This document shows, piece by piece, positions 39,408 to 48,596 of a stretch of 64,000 nucleotides of DNA (positions are counted from its first letter, which is position 1; every line of letters starts with the position of its first letter). The notes beneath the pieces were generated by a model. The model was given only the letters and a program-made list of their open reading frames with translations, had not been told where the DNA came from and searched no databases. The stretch is from Nanobdellota archaeon (GTDB taxonomy: Archaea; Nanobdellota; Nanobdellia; Pacearchaeales; GW2011-AR1). Made by a program: the position numbers and the translations under genes. The stretch lies in contig JBBSXB010000009.1 of NCBI GenBank assembly GCA_038046005.1, positions 7,952 through 71,951 of the forward strand. The letters run 5' to 3'.

Positions 39408-40187
39408 TTATACTTTTAAGTCTCCAAGAATGTTATCAAGTGCGCTGTTTACTTTACTAGCACAGTAATCAAAGAAAGGTTTTAGTTCATCTCTAGATTC
39501 TTCGCCATACGAAGGAAGAATCTTCCTTAGTAAACCGTGATAATAAGTTCCCTCCCCTGCATGTATTTGCACAGGAGGAAGCCCACAGCTGTGTAAAATT
39601 CTATTTTGCACAAGCCTAGCAGTTCTTTTATTCCCCTCTACAAATGGCTGAATTGCTGCAATACCCAAATGTGCCTCTATTGCTGATTCAAGAGGATCAG
39701 AAACATATTTGCCCTTTACAAGACCAATTAGAGTATGAATTTTCTCTGGCACTCTTTCCCAACTAGGAGGGGTATATCTTGGAATATTTAATGTAACATC
39801 ATTTGTTCTAAATTGACCAGACCCATATTCTTCCGGAACAACAAGCTTGTTAGTTCTTTTGATTAATTCCTCATCTAAAATGTTAATAAAGGATTCTGTA
39901 ACAGCCCCCTTATTCTGGAGAAAATACCATGCATTTTTTATATTATGAATCCCCTTTCTTGCCAATTTTTTAATAGTCTCAGGAGATTTTTTGTCTAGCA
40001 AAAGTTCTCTTCTAAGGCCAGGATTTTCTATCCAAAAAGAATAGATATCGCCAAGAGTCTTAAGAGATCTAGCAATAGTTTTTTGTCTGGCATTATAATA
40101 GGCTGAATCACCATCTATTTTTTCCAGTTTCTCTTGAACTTCCCTTCTTATTATGGGATTTATCATAGTAGACTCCATATTCCACAA
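39408..40187 (-). CDS. Fic/Doc-family protein with degenerate active-site motif
   Basis: Motif QPFVEGNKRTAR (39615..39650) in place of canonical HPFx(D/E)GNGRxxR: His replaced by Gln and GNGR by GNKR. Confidence 0.7.
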   Translation of the reverse strand: MWNMESTMINPIIRREVQEKLEKIDGDSAYYNARQKTIARSLKTLGDIYSFWIENPGLRRELLLDKKSPETIKKLARKGIHNIKNAWYFLQNKGAVTESFINILDEELIKRTNKLVVPEEYGSGQFRTNDVTLNIPRYTPPSWERVPEKIHTLIGLVKGKYVSDPLESAIEAHLGIAAIQPFVEGNKRTARLVQNRILHSCGLPPVQIHAGEGTYYHGLLRKILPSYGEESRDELKPFFDYCASKVNSALDNILGDLKV

Positions 40188-40284
40188 ACTATTTTTCCAT
40201 ATTTAAACCTTTCTATTTGTAACCTCTTAGGAGTTACAACTAACACGTTAAAAAACTTTATAATTTCCCATTCCATAAAAGAGC

Positions 40285-40689
40285 ATGGTAAAAGAGGCAA
40301 AAATACAGGCAAAACCAGAACATCCTGTGCTAAGGGCTCCAAAAACCTTCGGCCAAAAATCAGCAGATTTATTGACAAAAATTGTCGGGAGTTGGGGATT
40401 TATAATCATGTTAGTAATCATGATGATTATATGGATACTCTTAAATGGGTATTATTTGATAAAACAAACAGGAAATTCTTTTGATCCTTTTCCATTCATA
40501 CTTCTTAATCTTGCTCTGTCCTGCCTTGCAGTAATTCAGGCGCCAATAATTTTAATGAGTCAGAACAGGCAAGAACAAAAAGACAGGCTTAGGTCAGAAT
40601 ATGACTATGCTGTCAATAGAAAAGCTGAGAAAGAAATTCAAGAGATAAGAAAACAGCTTGATAGGATTGAGGGAAAAGTCAGAAGATAA
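40285..40689 (+). CDS. DUF1003-family membrane protein
   Basis: GSWGFIIMLVIMMIIWILLN...FDPFPFILLNLALSCLAVIQAPIILMSQNRQ matches the conserved DUF1003 core. Confidence 0.6.
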   Translation: MVKEAKIQAKPEHPVLRAPKTFGQKSADLLTKIVGSWGFIIMLVIMMIIWILLNGYYLIKQTGNSFDPFPFILLNLALSCLAVIQAPIILMSQNRQEQKDRLRSEYDYAVNRKAEKEIQEIRKQLDRIEGKVRR

Positions 40690-40730
40690 AAATTATTTGT
40701 ATATTTCTTCTAATTTCCCCAATCCAAAGT

Positions 40731-41060
40731 TTAATCTTTAAGTGCTAATTGTTGATACTCTACCACTAGATCATCCATTTCTGAAAGGTGTAGCCTATTT
40801 TCATAAGTCTCTTTCACTAAACTGTTTCTAAGTTCTCTTTCTAAGCTAGTGTGTCCGTTGAATGCTGATAAAGCTCCACCATTTCCAACCGGCTTGTAGT
40901 ATTGCATTGCTATTGATCTAGCTAACTCTTTACGAATCGTGGGTGTATTATCTGTAATTCCAAAATACATAAGTGATCCAACTAGAGAAATTACAGCAGC
41001 TGGAAAAACGAAGGGTTTCAAACAATCGCTTATATTTTTTGACAATTTCTTTGTGTTCAT
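40731..41060 (-). CDS. hypothetical secreted/membrane-anchored protein
   Basis: N-terminal TM; ORF track. Confidence 0.3.
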   Translation of the reverse strand: MNTKKLSKNISDCLKPFVFPAAVISLVGSLMYFGITDNTPTIRKELARSIAMQYYKPVGNGGALSAFNGHTSLERELRNSLVKETYENRLHLSEMDDLVVEYQQLALKD

Positions 41061-41173
41061 TTTTATTCTCCCGTTATTTAGTTAAAATATGATATTCATA
41101 ATAAGTAATATATACTTGGTTCAATAATAATTAAACCAAAAGGTTTAAATAAAGAATTAATCTATTAAGTTTA

Positions 41174-42031
41174 ATGACAATAGATATAGCTCTTCCATTT
41201 GTAAAGAAGGGAAATGTAGATGACTTAGTGTTCACTATATTAACTAAAGAGTATCCTTTAAGAGTTATTGACTTGATGAACCTCATAAGAAAAAGATATG
41301 GGAAAAGTGTGACCTTTCAAGCTGTGAGAAAAGCAGTTCTACAACTTATGGAAAAAGAAGTTTTAGTGGCGCAAGAGAGTAGATATTCGATAAATAAAGA
41401 GTGGGTTCTAAAGAGCAAGGAATTAGTTGATTCTCTTTATGAAGAATTAAACAAGGCAAAAACTTCTCCAAAAAGTATGGAATCAATTAAAGGAGAAATT
41501 ACAGTATTCAGTTTTGATTCCTTAAATGATCTTATGAAATTCTGGCAAAATTTGATAAATGATTGGTTTAAAAAGTTCAAGAAAGGAGATTATGGAGTAA
41601 ATTATTATCAATCTGCTCATGCTTGGGAAGGATTGTTACATCCAGACATAGAAAAATCAACTATGCATCAATTAAAGCAGAAAGGAATAAAATGTTATAT
41701 TATTACTACAGGAAATACTCCTCTGGATCGACAAATAGCTAAATTTTATTCAAAATTAGGAATTACAACCCAAGCGATTCCATCTTCATCCACATTTGAT
41801 AAGAGTTATTATGTCGGAACTTATGGTGATCTAGTTATTCAAACACAATATCCTCAGTTAATTGTAAAATTGTTAGATGCTTTTTTTAAAAAGACAAAAT
41901 CTCTCACAGATGTAGATTTAGTAGAATTATCTAATATTGTCAATAGAAGAATTCTGATTAAATTAACAATAATAAAAGATCTAGCAATGGCAAAACAAAT
42001 TAACAAATCGATCCATTCTTATATAGAATAA
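41174..42031 (+). CDS. hypothetical protein with N-terminal winged-helix-like region
   Basis: LRVIDLMNLIRKRYGKSVTFQAVRKAVLQLMEKEVLV. Confidence 0.35.
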   Translation: MTIDIALPFVKKGNVDDLVFTILTKEYPLRVIDLMNLIRKRYGKSVTFQAVRKAVLQLMEKEVLVAQESRYSINKEWVLKSKELVDSLYEELNKAKTSPKSMESIKGEITVFSFDSLNDLMKFWQNLINDWFKKFKKGDYGVNYYQSAHAWEGLLHPDIEKSTMHQLKQKGIKCYIITTGNTPLDRQIAKFYSKLGITTQAIPSSSTFDKSYYVGTYGDLVIQTQYPQLIVKLLDAFFKKTKSLTDVDLVELSNIVNRRILIKLTIIKDLAMAKQINKSIHSYIE

Positions 42032-42035
42032 AATT

Positions 42036-43343
42036 TCACTCCTCCAGCCTATTATTAAACTCATGGCTAATATTTGAAAGCATTATTTCTTTAATTTTCT
42101 CCTTGTCCTTTGCCCAATCATCATGGCCCAAAACCCAACCTAACTTTACAAAAGCCGTTTCAGACAGCATGTCTTCAAGAAAAACAGCCCCAGTGTCATT
42201 CAAAGCCCTGAGATTAGAATAGACATAAGGGTCGACTCTTCCATAAATGCATTGTGTTGTTATTCCCACAAAAATTCCTTTTGCAATAATTCTCTTCAAT
42301 GTTGGAATCCATGAATTTTTGGAAGTGAGAGCCGGAACATGTCCCAGACCAGTTGCCTCAATTATTAGTCCTTTATATCCTCGCTTAGCATAATAGTCTA
42401 AAATTTCAGGATTTTGACCAGGATAAATTTTTAATAAAGCAACTTGGCCTTCAAACTTTGTATCAACTTTGACTTTCTCTTTTCCAACAACATTATAAGG
42501 AGATAAAATTTCAAGAACGCTGGAAGATATTTTTGCAATTGGCTTTGAATTAACAACCTTAAATGTGTCTCTTCTTGTGGAATGTAATTTCCTGACTTTC
42601 GTGCCAGGCATTGCATAACAAAAATCATCATTTGTAGAGGCATGGCCAACAATCATGACTTCTGCAATGTCTGAAATAGCCGCAAGTGCAGCACATTTTA
42701 AATTCAAAGCAGCATCGCTAGAAGCCCTGTCAGAACTTCTCTGGCTGTAAGTTAAAACGATTGGTTTATTCAAATTCTTTATAAAAAAAGACAAAGCAGA
42801 TGAAGTGTAATGCAAAGTGTCCGTTCCATGTGTTATGACAATTCCCTTGATATTTGTATCATTCAAAAAAGGCTCAAGAGTCTTTGCAATTTTCTGCCAG
42901 TCTTTATAATCCATATCTTCGCTAGCTTTCATAAAAGGCATTTCAATTTTCACAACATTTACAATATCAAAAATCTCTGGGTAAAACTTGAATAATTCTT
43001 CTGGAGAACTCAAAGGCGCAACAGCACCAGTTCTTGAGTCATAACGATTTGCAATTGTCCCTCCAGTAATTATCATAGCAATATTTGGCTTTTTAGAATC
43101 TTTTTTAATCTCTATTTTTTCTGTTTTCTTTTCAGATTTTTCCAAAACATTAATTTCAAGAACATCTTTTTTGTTTAATCCTATATTATAACCAGAATCC
43201 AGCTTCAAAAGTATGATTCCTTTCTCGTCTTCAGGAGTTGCAAGAAAAATCCCTTCATAAACAACTTTCCCAAAATGCACCTCGACATAATCTCCAGGTT
43301 CTGGCTTGGAATGTATTGACTTTTCAGGTTTCTTTGGTTTCAT
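42036..43343 (-). CDS. gatD: Glu-tRNA(Gln) amidotransferase subunit D (asparaginase-like)
   Basis: GatD N-terminal domain (GDYVEVHF...LKLDSGYNIGL) plus asparaginase motifs ITGGTIA and VITHGTDTL. Confidence 0.85.
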   Translation of the reverse strand: MKPKKPEKSIHSKPEPGDYVEVHFGKVVYEGIFLATPEDEKGIILLKLDSGYNIGLNKKDVLEINVLEKSEKKTEKIEIKKDSKKPNIAMIITGGTIANRYDSRTGAVAPLSSPEELFKFYPEIFDIVNVVKIEMPFMKASEDMDYKDWQKIAKTLEPFLNDTNIKGIVITHGTDTLHYTSSALSFFIKNLNKPIVLTYSQRSSDRASSDAALNLKCAALAAISDIAEVMIVGHASTNDDFCYAMPGTKVRKLHSTRRDTFKVVNSKPIAKISSSVLEILSPYNVVGKEKVKVDTKFEGQVALLKIYPGQNPEILDYYAKRGYKGLIIEATGLGHVPALTSKNSWIPTLKRIIAKGIFVGITTQCIYGRVDPYVYSNLRALNDTGAVFLEDMLSETAFVKLGWVLGHDDWAKDKEKIKEIMLSNISHEFNNRLEE

Positions 43344-43348
43344 TTTAT

Positions 43349-44026
43349 TTACTCTAATTGAACGAAAACCATATTCTTAAATTTAATTTCATTAGATATT
43401 TCAGGAAAAATTTTCTTCTTTTGAATTTTATCAACTAATTCAGATACTTTTGTGTTAACAGGATATGGGTGGCAACTATATTCTATTCCATTGCAACTAA
43501 ATGAGCTTAAAATTTGAGGTAACTCATCAAGCACATAGCTAGCAAGCTTCTCAATTTCAAGTTCATCTAGCTTAAGAGTAATAGTATTTTTAACAACATC
43601 TAAAACTGATTTCTTAAAATTCTTGTCTTGATTAAATTTTTTATGGAAAAATTCTCTACGTTTTTTATACTCAAAATTTTCTAAAAGTTCTTTTCTTGCA
43701 ATATTGATAAATTTCTTCCTTTCATTTAGTAATTCATTAATAATCTCATCAATTATTATTAAAATTCTGTCTCCTTCTTTTAAGGCTCTTTTTAGTGCAT
43801 TTTCAGGACTTTGATTATTTTTAACTTCATAATTTATAGCATGGATTTTATCAGCAATCCAAATAAGCACTTTTTCTTTAGTATTTTTTAAAGCCCATCC
43901 AATATACTCTTTAAGATGTTCTTTAGTAAACCACTTATTTCCAAGACTTATTCCAATAAAAATATTATGCTTTCTAGACAAAACATCTTCTTTCTTTCCT
44001 CCCTTAACATTTATTATCTTTAACAT
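43349..44026 (-). CDS. cyclodipeptide synthase (CDPS)-like protein
   Basis: 225 aa. NIFIGISLGNKWFT parallels the CDPS signature (AlbC ...IGISAGNSYFS, catalytic Ser). SYVLDELP parallels YVLAEAP (Tyr/Glu catalytic pair). A downstream YP pair fits. 5 bp upstream of gatD on the same strand. Confidence 0.55.
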   Translation of the reverse strand: MLKIINVKGGKKEDVLSRKHNIFIGISLGNKWFTKEHLKEYIGWALKNTKEKVLIWIADKIHAINYEVKNNQSPENALKRALKEGDRILIIIDEIINELLNERKKFINIARKELLENFEYKKRREFFHKKFNQDKNFKKSVLDVVKNTITLKLDELEIEKLASYVLDELPQILSSFSCNGIEYSCHPYPVNTKVSELVDKIQKKKIFPEISNEIKFKNMVFVQLE

Positions 44027-44125
44027 TTTAAGAACTATTACTCCATAAAATAAACAAATAAGTTAAATATAAAAAACTATTCCCAACCACATAAATCTTT
44101 TTAAACAAAAAAAGTAGTAAAAGGT

Positions 44126-44515
44126 ATGAGAAGAAATTTAATTGCAGGATATGTTTTGGGAGGATTACTCACAATTGGAGGTGTGCTGACAGGAGAATAT
44201 GAAAGAATTAATGGGAAAGAAATTTTAAAAAGTAATCCCAGTTATGCGGAATACATTCAGCTAAATGATCAAATAGAAAATTTAAATCAGCTTTATGATA
44301 TGACCTCTCATTATAAAGAATTGAGATTATATAAAGAATTGAGATTACATGAAAGAGATAGTTTAAAATCCAAAAGAGATAGCTTAGAAAGTCTTGCCTC
44401 AACACAAAAAGGAATAAAAGAAGCGGAAAATAACGATTCAGCAGATTTTGCTTCTTTTGTTTTGTTTACGCTGGGTTTATCTTTACTTGGGGCAACAGCA
44501 ATTAATCATAAATGA
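44126..44515 (+). CDS. hypothetical N-terminally membrane-anchored protein with internal tandem repeats
   Basis: YKELRLYKELRLHERDSLKSKRDSLESL encoded by an 18-bp tandem duplication. Confidence 0.35.
   Translation: MRRNLIAGYVLGGLLTIGGVLTGEYERINGKEILKSNPSYAEYIQLNDQIENLNQLYDMTSHYKELRLYKELRLHERDSLKSKRDSLESLASTQKGIKEAENNDSADFASFVLFTLGLSLLGATAINHK
44312..44347 (+). repeat. 18-bp perfect tandem duplication (tataaagaattgagatta x2) inside CDS
   Basis: Direct reading of the sequence. Confidence 0.8.
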
Positions 44516-44624
44516 GCCTACTAGGAATCGAACCTAGATCAACGGGGTTTTTCAAAAGTAATCCACATAATAAAGCAAACGACTTTTCCGAAACCCGCCG
44601 TTCTATCCATTAAACTATAGGCCC
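44513..44624 (-). tRNA. tRNA-Arg(TCG) with 40-nt intron at 37/38
   Basis: Minus-strand read: GGGCCTA acceptor, D-arm GTTT-AATGGATA-GAAC, anticodon stem GCGGG/CCCGT with loop UUUCGG|C, T-arm CTAGG-TTCGATT-CCTAG, discriminator A. Confidence 0.5.
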
Positions 44625-44769
44625 ACGAATGACAGCTTGCTGGCGTTCGTTCACGAAAACCTTTAGGGTTTTCAGTGTTTAAAAAACAAGATTTTGAGGT
44701 TTATTTAATTATTTGCTATACGCCAAAAATTCCTTAATTTTAAAAAGCCTTTTAACTAAATAATACAGA

Positions 44770-45684
44770 ATGGCAACATACAAAAAGAGAAATAATTTCC
44801 AGACAGATGCTCCTGTCCAGCACATAGTCTTGAAAAGACATCATAAGATTGTAATTGGAAGTTTCACAACTATAGTCATTGTTTATATGATTATTACTGC
44901 CATACTTCTAAACGGACTAATTGTAAAGCAAAGTATCAACAATAAAGATTTGACAAATAAAATAAACAGTCTCCAAGCAGACACACAAAGCAAGTTAAAT
45001 GAAGTAACTTCAGGATTGATGAAAACAAATGAACAAGTATCCTCGTTAGGCTCTCAAGTAGGTTCAATAGACAAAGAATTTTCTTCATTAAAAGCTTCTG
45101 TAAGCGAAGATTTTTCAGGAATAATTGAGCAGTTGATTCCTTCCGTCGTAACAATAAGAACAAACATAGGCCAGGGAACAGGTTTTGTAATAACAGATGA
45201 CGGATATGTAGTAACAAATGCCCACGTCCTTTCAGGAGGAAATTTTGTCCAGGCAATAAATTACAAGCAAGAAATCATTGAAGCAAATTTAGTAGGTTAC
45301 TATGAAAATTACGACATAGCTCTTTTGAAAATTAACGGAAGTTATACCCCATTAAAATTAGCAAATTCAAACAATGTGCAGATTGGAGAAAAAGTCATAG
45401 CAATTGGAAATCCTTTAGGTTTGCAATTTTCTGTCTCTCAAGGAATTGTTTCAGGAGTCCACAGATCAGGCCCAAATAATTTGTTAGCATACATCCAAAC
45501 AGATGCTGCATTAAATCCTGGAAACTCCGGCGGCCCTTTAATAGACAAAAATGGAGAAGTTGTTGGAATAAATAATTTCAAAATCGGTTCAGGAGAAAGC
45601 TTAGGATTTGCACTAGAGAGTAATTTCATAAAAGATTCTGTGAATCAAATAGCTTACAAAAACTTGAATCAAACTTTGATTTAA
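44770..45684 (+). CDS. HtrA/DegP-like trypsin-family serine protease (membrane-anchored, no PDZ)
   Basis: N-terminal TM and coiled coil; catalytic-triad context GFVITDDGYVVTNAHV, YDIALLKI, GNSGGPLID. Confidence 0.8.
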   Translation: MATYKKRNNFQTDAPVQHIVLKRHHKIVIGSFTTIVIVYMIITAILLNGLIVKQSINNKDLTNKINSLQADTQSKLNEVTSGLMKTNEQVSSLGSQVGSIDKEFSSLKASVSEDFSGIIEQLIPSVVTIRTNIGQGTGFVITDDGYVVTNAHVLSGGNFVQAINYKQEIIEANLVGYYENYDIALLKINGSYTPLKLANSNNVQIGEKVIAIGNPLGLQFSVSQGIVSGVHRSGPNNLLAYIQTDAALNPGNSGGPLIDKNGEVVGINNFKIGSGESLGFALESNFIKDSVNQIAYKNLNQTLI

Positions 45685-45731
45685 CATTCTCAAAACCTTA
45701 ATTTAATAAACCCCAATCAATTTATACTAAA

Positions 45732-47186
45732 ATGCAGGAAAAACAGAACAAAGAAGGATTAACAGTCAAGAAAGATGAGAATTTCTCAGAATGGTATTCA
45801 CAAATTGTCCAGAAATGCGAGCTGGCAGACCTCAGATACAATGTCAAAGGTTTTTTAGTTTTTCAGCCATGGTCTGTCCTTTCTATGGAAAAAATGTACT
45901 ATTATCTTGAAAAAGTATTGCGAAGAAAAAAACACAAACCATATTTTTACCCAACAGTTATTCCAGAAAGCAATTTCAAAAAAGAATCTTCTCATGTCAA
46001 AGGTTTTACGCCGGAAGTTTTTTGGGTTACACACGGCGGAACAAAAGAACTGGAAGAGAGACTTGCTTTAAGACCAACTTCAGAAACTGCGTTTTACCAG
46101 ATGTTTGCATTATGGATAAGAAGCTACAAAGACCTTCCATTTAAGACGTATCAAAGAGCTCAAGTTTTTAGATATGAAACAAAAGCCACAAGACCTTTCC
46201 TAAGAAGCAGAGAATTTCACTGGATAGAAACCCATTGTGTTCACGCAACAGAAAAAGACGCTTTGACCCAGGTTAATGAAGACATGGAAACGACTGAGGA
46301 AGTTTTACATCAAATTTTTGGGTTGCCATTCATGTTTTTTGAAAGACCTTCTTGGGATAAATTTGCAGGAGCATACAGAACATTCGCAGCAGATGTTTTG
46401 AATCCAGATGGAAAAGTTGTCCAACAACCTTCAACCCACATACTCTCTCCTAGTTTTGCAAAAGCATTTGGCATAAAATACAAAGACAAAGACGGCAAAG
46501 ACAAAGGAGTCTATACAACATGCTACGGCCCAGCTGTTTCTAGGATAATGGCAAGTGTTGCAATAGTCCACGGAGATGATAAAGGATTAAAATTCCCCTG
46601 GGAAATTGCCCCAGTCCAAGTTGTAATAGTCCCCATAGGTGAAGAAAAAGAAGTAATTGAAAAAGCGAAAGTCCTTGAAAGTAAAATAAGTGAATTAGCC
46701 TCGGTAGAGATAGACGAAACAAACAAAAGACCGGGAGAAAAATTCAACTATTGGGAAATGAAGGGAGTCCCTTTAAGAATTGATATGGGAATGAATGATA
46801 TAAAGAAAAAACAATTAACAATATTTAGAAGAGATTTAGACAAAAAAGAAACCATTCAAGAAAAAAACATTTTAAGCTACATAGAAGAAACTTCAAAAGA
46901 AATAACAAAAAATCTCAGAGAAAAAGCTGACAAGATTTTTAACAACAGAATAAAACTAGCAAAATCCAAAGAAGAAATGAAAAAAATAATAGAGCAAGGT
47001 GGAATAGTTCAATGCAATTTTTGCTCTGTAGAAAAAGAAGGAATAAAATGTGCAGAAGTCATAGAAAAAGAAATTGGTGCTGATGTTAGAGGAACCAGAT
47101 TAGATGAAACAAAAAAACCTTCAGGAAATTGTGCAATATGCAATAAAAAGGCAAACCATGTTGTTTACATCGCCAGAAGCTACTGA
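45732..47186 (+). CDS. proS: prolyl-tRNA synthetase (archaeal/eukaryotic type)
   Basis: Class IIa motifs (RPTSETAFYQMF, FRYE); C-terminal zinc-binding domain ending ...CAICNKKANHVVYIARSY. Confidence 0.9.
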   Translation: MQEKQNKEGLTVKKDENFSEWYSQIVQKCELADLRYNVKGFLVFQPWSVLSMEKMYYYLEKVLRRKKHKPYFYPTVIPESNFKKESSHVKGFTPEVFWVTHGGTKELEERLALRPTSETAFYQMFALWIRSYKDLPFKTYQRAQVFRYETKATRPFLRSREFHWIETHCVHATEKDALTQVNEDMETTEEVLHQIFGLPFMFFERPSWDKFAGAYRTFAADVLNPDGKVVQQPSTHILSPSFAKAFGIKYKDKDGKDKGVYTTCYGPAVSRIMASVAIVHGDDKGLKFPWEIAPVQVVIVPIGEEKEVIEKAKVLESKISELASVEIDETNKRPGEKFNYWEMKGVPLRIDMGMNDIKKKQLTIFRRDLDKKETIQEKNILSYIEETSKEITKNLREKADKIFNNRIKLAKSKEEMKKIIEQGGIVQCNFCSVEKEGIKCAEVIEKEIGADVRGTRLDETKKPSGNCAICNKKANHVVYIARSY

Positions 47187-47483
47187 ATATCTACAGCTAT
47201 TTGTTTTAGCTCATCTTCTAATCTTAAGGTCAGGCTAATCAATGACTCAAACTCTTTCTGCAAATATTCTATTTCCTTATCTTCTTTTTCCATTTTATTT
47301 GATCAGAAAATTTCCCTGAATTAACTAAGAACTAACTCCTTAATCTAATCCAGCAAAAACTCTGAATTAAATTAAAGTGACTTTTTACATTTGATATTAA
47401 GAGCTATAGCTAGAAAAATATTCAAATCTGTATCTTCCAGCCTATCCATAATAAATTAAGTTATATCTGATATTTATATTTAT

Positions 47484-48524
47484 CTATACTAAAGTTTTGA
47501 TTTTATCAACAAATTTTTCCAAACTGTCTGCACTCATCTGTCCGCCAACAGCATCTTTATGGCCACCGCCCGTCGCACCATCAATCCCCTCAAGAGCTTC
47601 CAAAAATTTCTCCCTAATATTGCTTCCCCTAAGAGAGATATTAACCTTGCTGCCTTTAAGATAGGCAACAACCACTATCTTGTCAGGAAAAAGATATTTG
47701 ACATTATTCGCCAACTCTCCGCTGACACTCAAATCTCCGCCGTATTTAAAAAATAAAACCCGGCCATTTTTTTTATAAACTTTTTTAGCCTTTTCTAAAA
47801 GCTGAACGTATTTTTTTCTAATCTCTAATGACTTCTTGTGCATATTGCGATTTTTTCCATTTTCTTCCAGAATGTCATAAGGCGATTTCACCTTTACCAG
47901 ATATCTGAGCATATTAACCACATTAGTTGTTGAGTCCTTAAGTCCATTGCTCATTATAAATGCAACTTCTCCTATCTTAGACTCATAAAGAACTTTAAAT
48001 GGATCCTTAGTCTCTACTGCAAGTTCTGGAAATTTCTCCTTAAAATTATCATAAAAACCAGGGAGATAGCTGTCAGAAACAGAACCTATTAATGCTATCC
48101 ACTCATCCTCTTTTTTTTTAGTGGCATAATAACACAAAACAGTTGTCGGCTCATTTGATTTGGGATTATTAAAAATAGGATTGTAATAGGAAACAAACTC
48201 TGGAATTTCCTCCCCATCAATCTCATGATGGTCAATCCAAACAATAGGAATATTAACTTCTTTAGCTCTCTCAAAAAATCCTTTAGACACAACCGGTTTA
48301 TCTAGGATAAAGATGTAATCTCCATTCAACTCTTGCACTTTTCTAAAATAATTCTCATCCAGAGCAGGAAAAGATTTTATTACCACCCCTTTCCCTCGGC
48401 CAATATACCTTTGAAGGATCAGAAAAGCGCACAATCCATCAGGATCATTATCAAAAAAGAAAACAGGATTTTGGGCTTTTTCCAGATGTTCTCTGATTTC
48501 TTTGATTTGTACATCATTCAACAT
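47484..48524 (-). CDS. DHH/DHHA1-family phosphoesterase (second paralog)
   Basis: DNDPDGLCA, WIDHHE, DHHA1 GGGHKDAVGG. Confidence 0.75.
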   Translation of the reverse strand: MLNDVQIKEIREHLEKAQNPVFFFDNDPDGLCAFLILQRYIGRGKGVVIKSFPALDENYFRKVQELNGDYIFILDKPVVSKGFFERAKEVNIPIVWIDHHEIDGEEIPEFVSYYNPIFNNPKSNEPTTVLCYYATKKKEDEWIALIGSVSDSYLPGFYDNFKEKFPELAVETKDPFKVLYESKIGEVAFIMSNGLKDSTTNVVNMLRYLVKVKSPYDILEENGKNRNMHKKSLEIRKKYVQLLEKAKKVYKKNGRVLFFKYGGDLSVSGELANNVKYLFPDKIVVVAYLKGSKVNISLRGSNIREKFLEALEGIDGATGGGHKDAVGGQMSADSLEKFVDKIKTLV

Positions 48525-48581
48525 TGCAGAAAAACGTTAGAGGCCTTTAAGAGGTTTTTCCTATTATATTTTTCAAAGCTC

Positions 48582-48596
48582 GGACGCTACGCGTCC
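48582..48596 (-). other. GC-rich hairpin GGACGC-TAC-GCGTCC spanning the stop codon of 48587..49330
   Basis: Perfect 6-bp GC-rich inverted repeat in an otherwise AT-rich spacer between two co-oriented genes. Confidence 0.3.

Noticed and set aside
39113-39460. Plus-strand ORF spanning the gatE/fic junction
   Set aside because: It overlaps two well-supported minus-strand genes and has no features. Treated as spurious.
47187-47483. 297-nt AT-rich spacer between convergent proS and the DHH gene as a possible ncRNA; it contains a 37-codon minus ORF (MEKEDKEIEYLQKEFESLISLTLRLEDELKQIAVDIQ)
   Set aside because: There is no conserved structure or compositional signal. It most likely holds convergent terminator region(s). 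The small ORF is unsupported.
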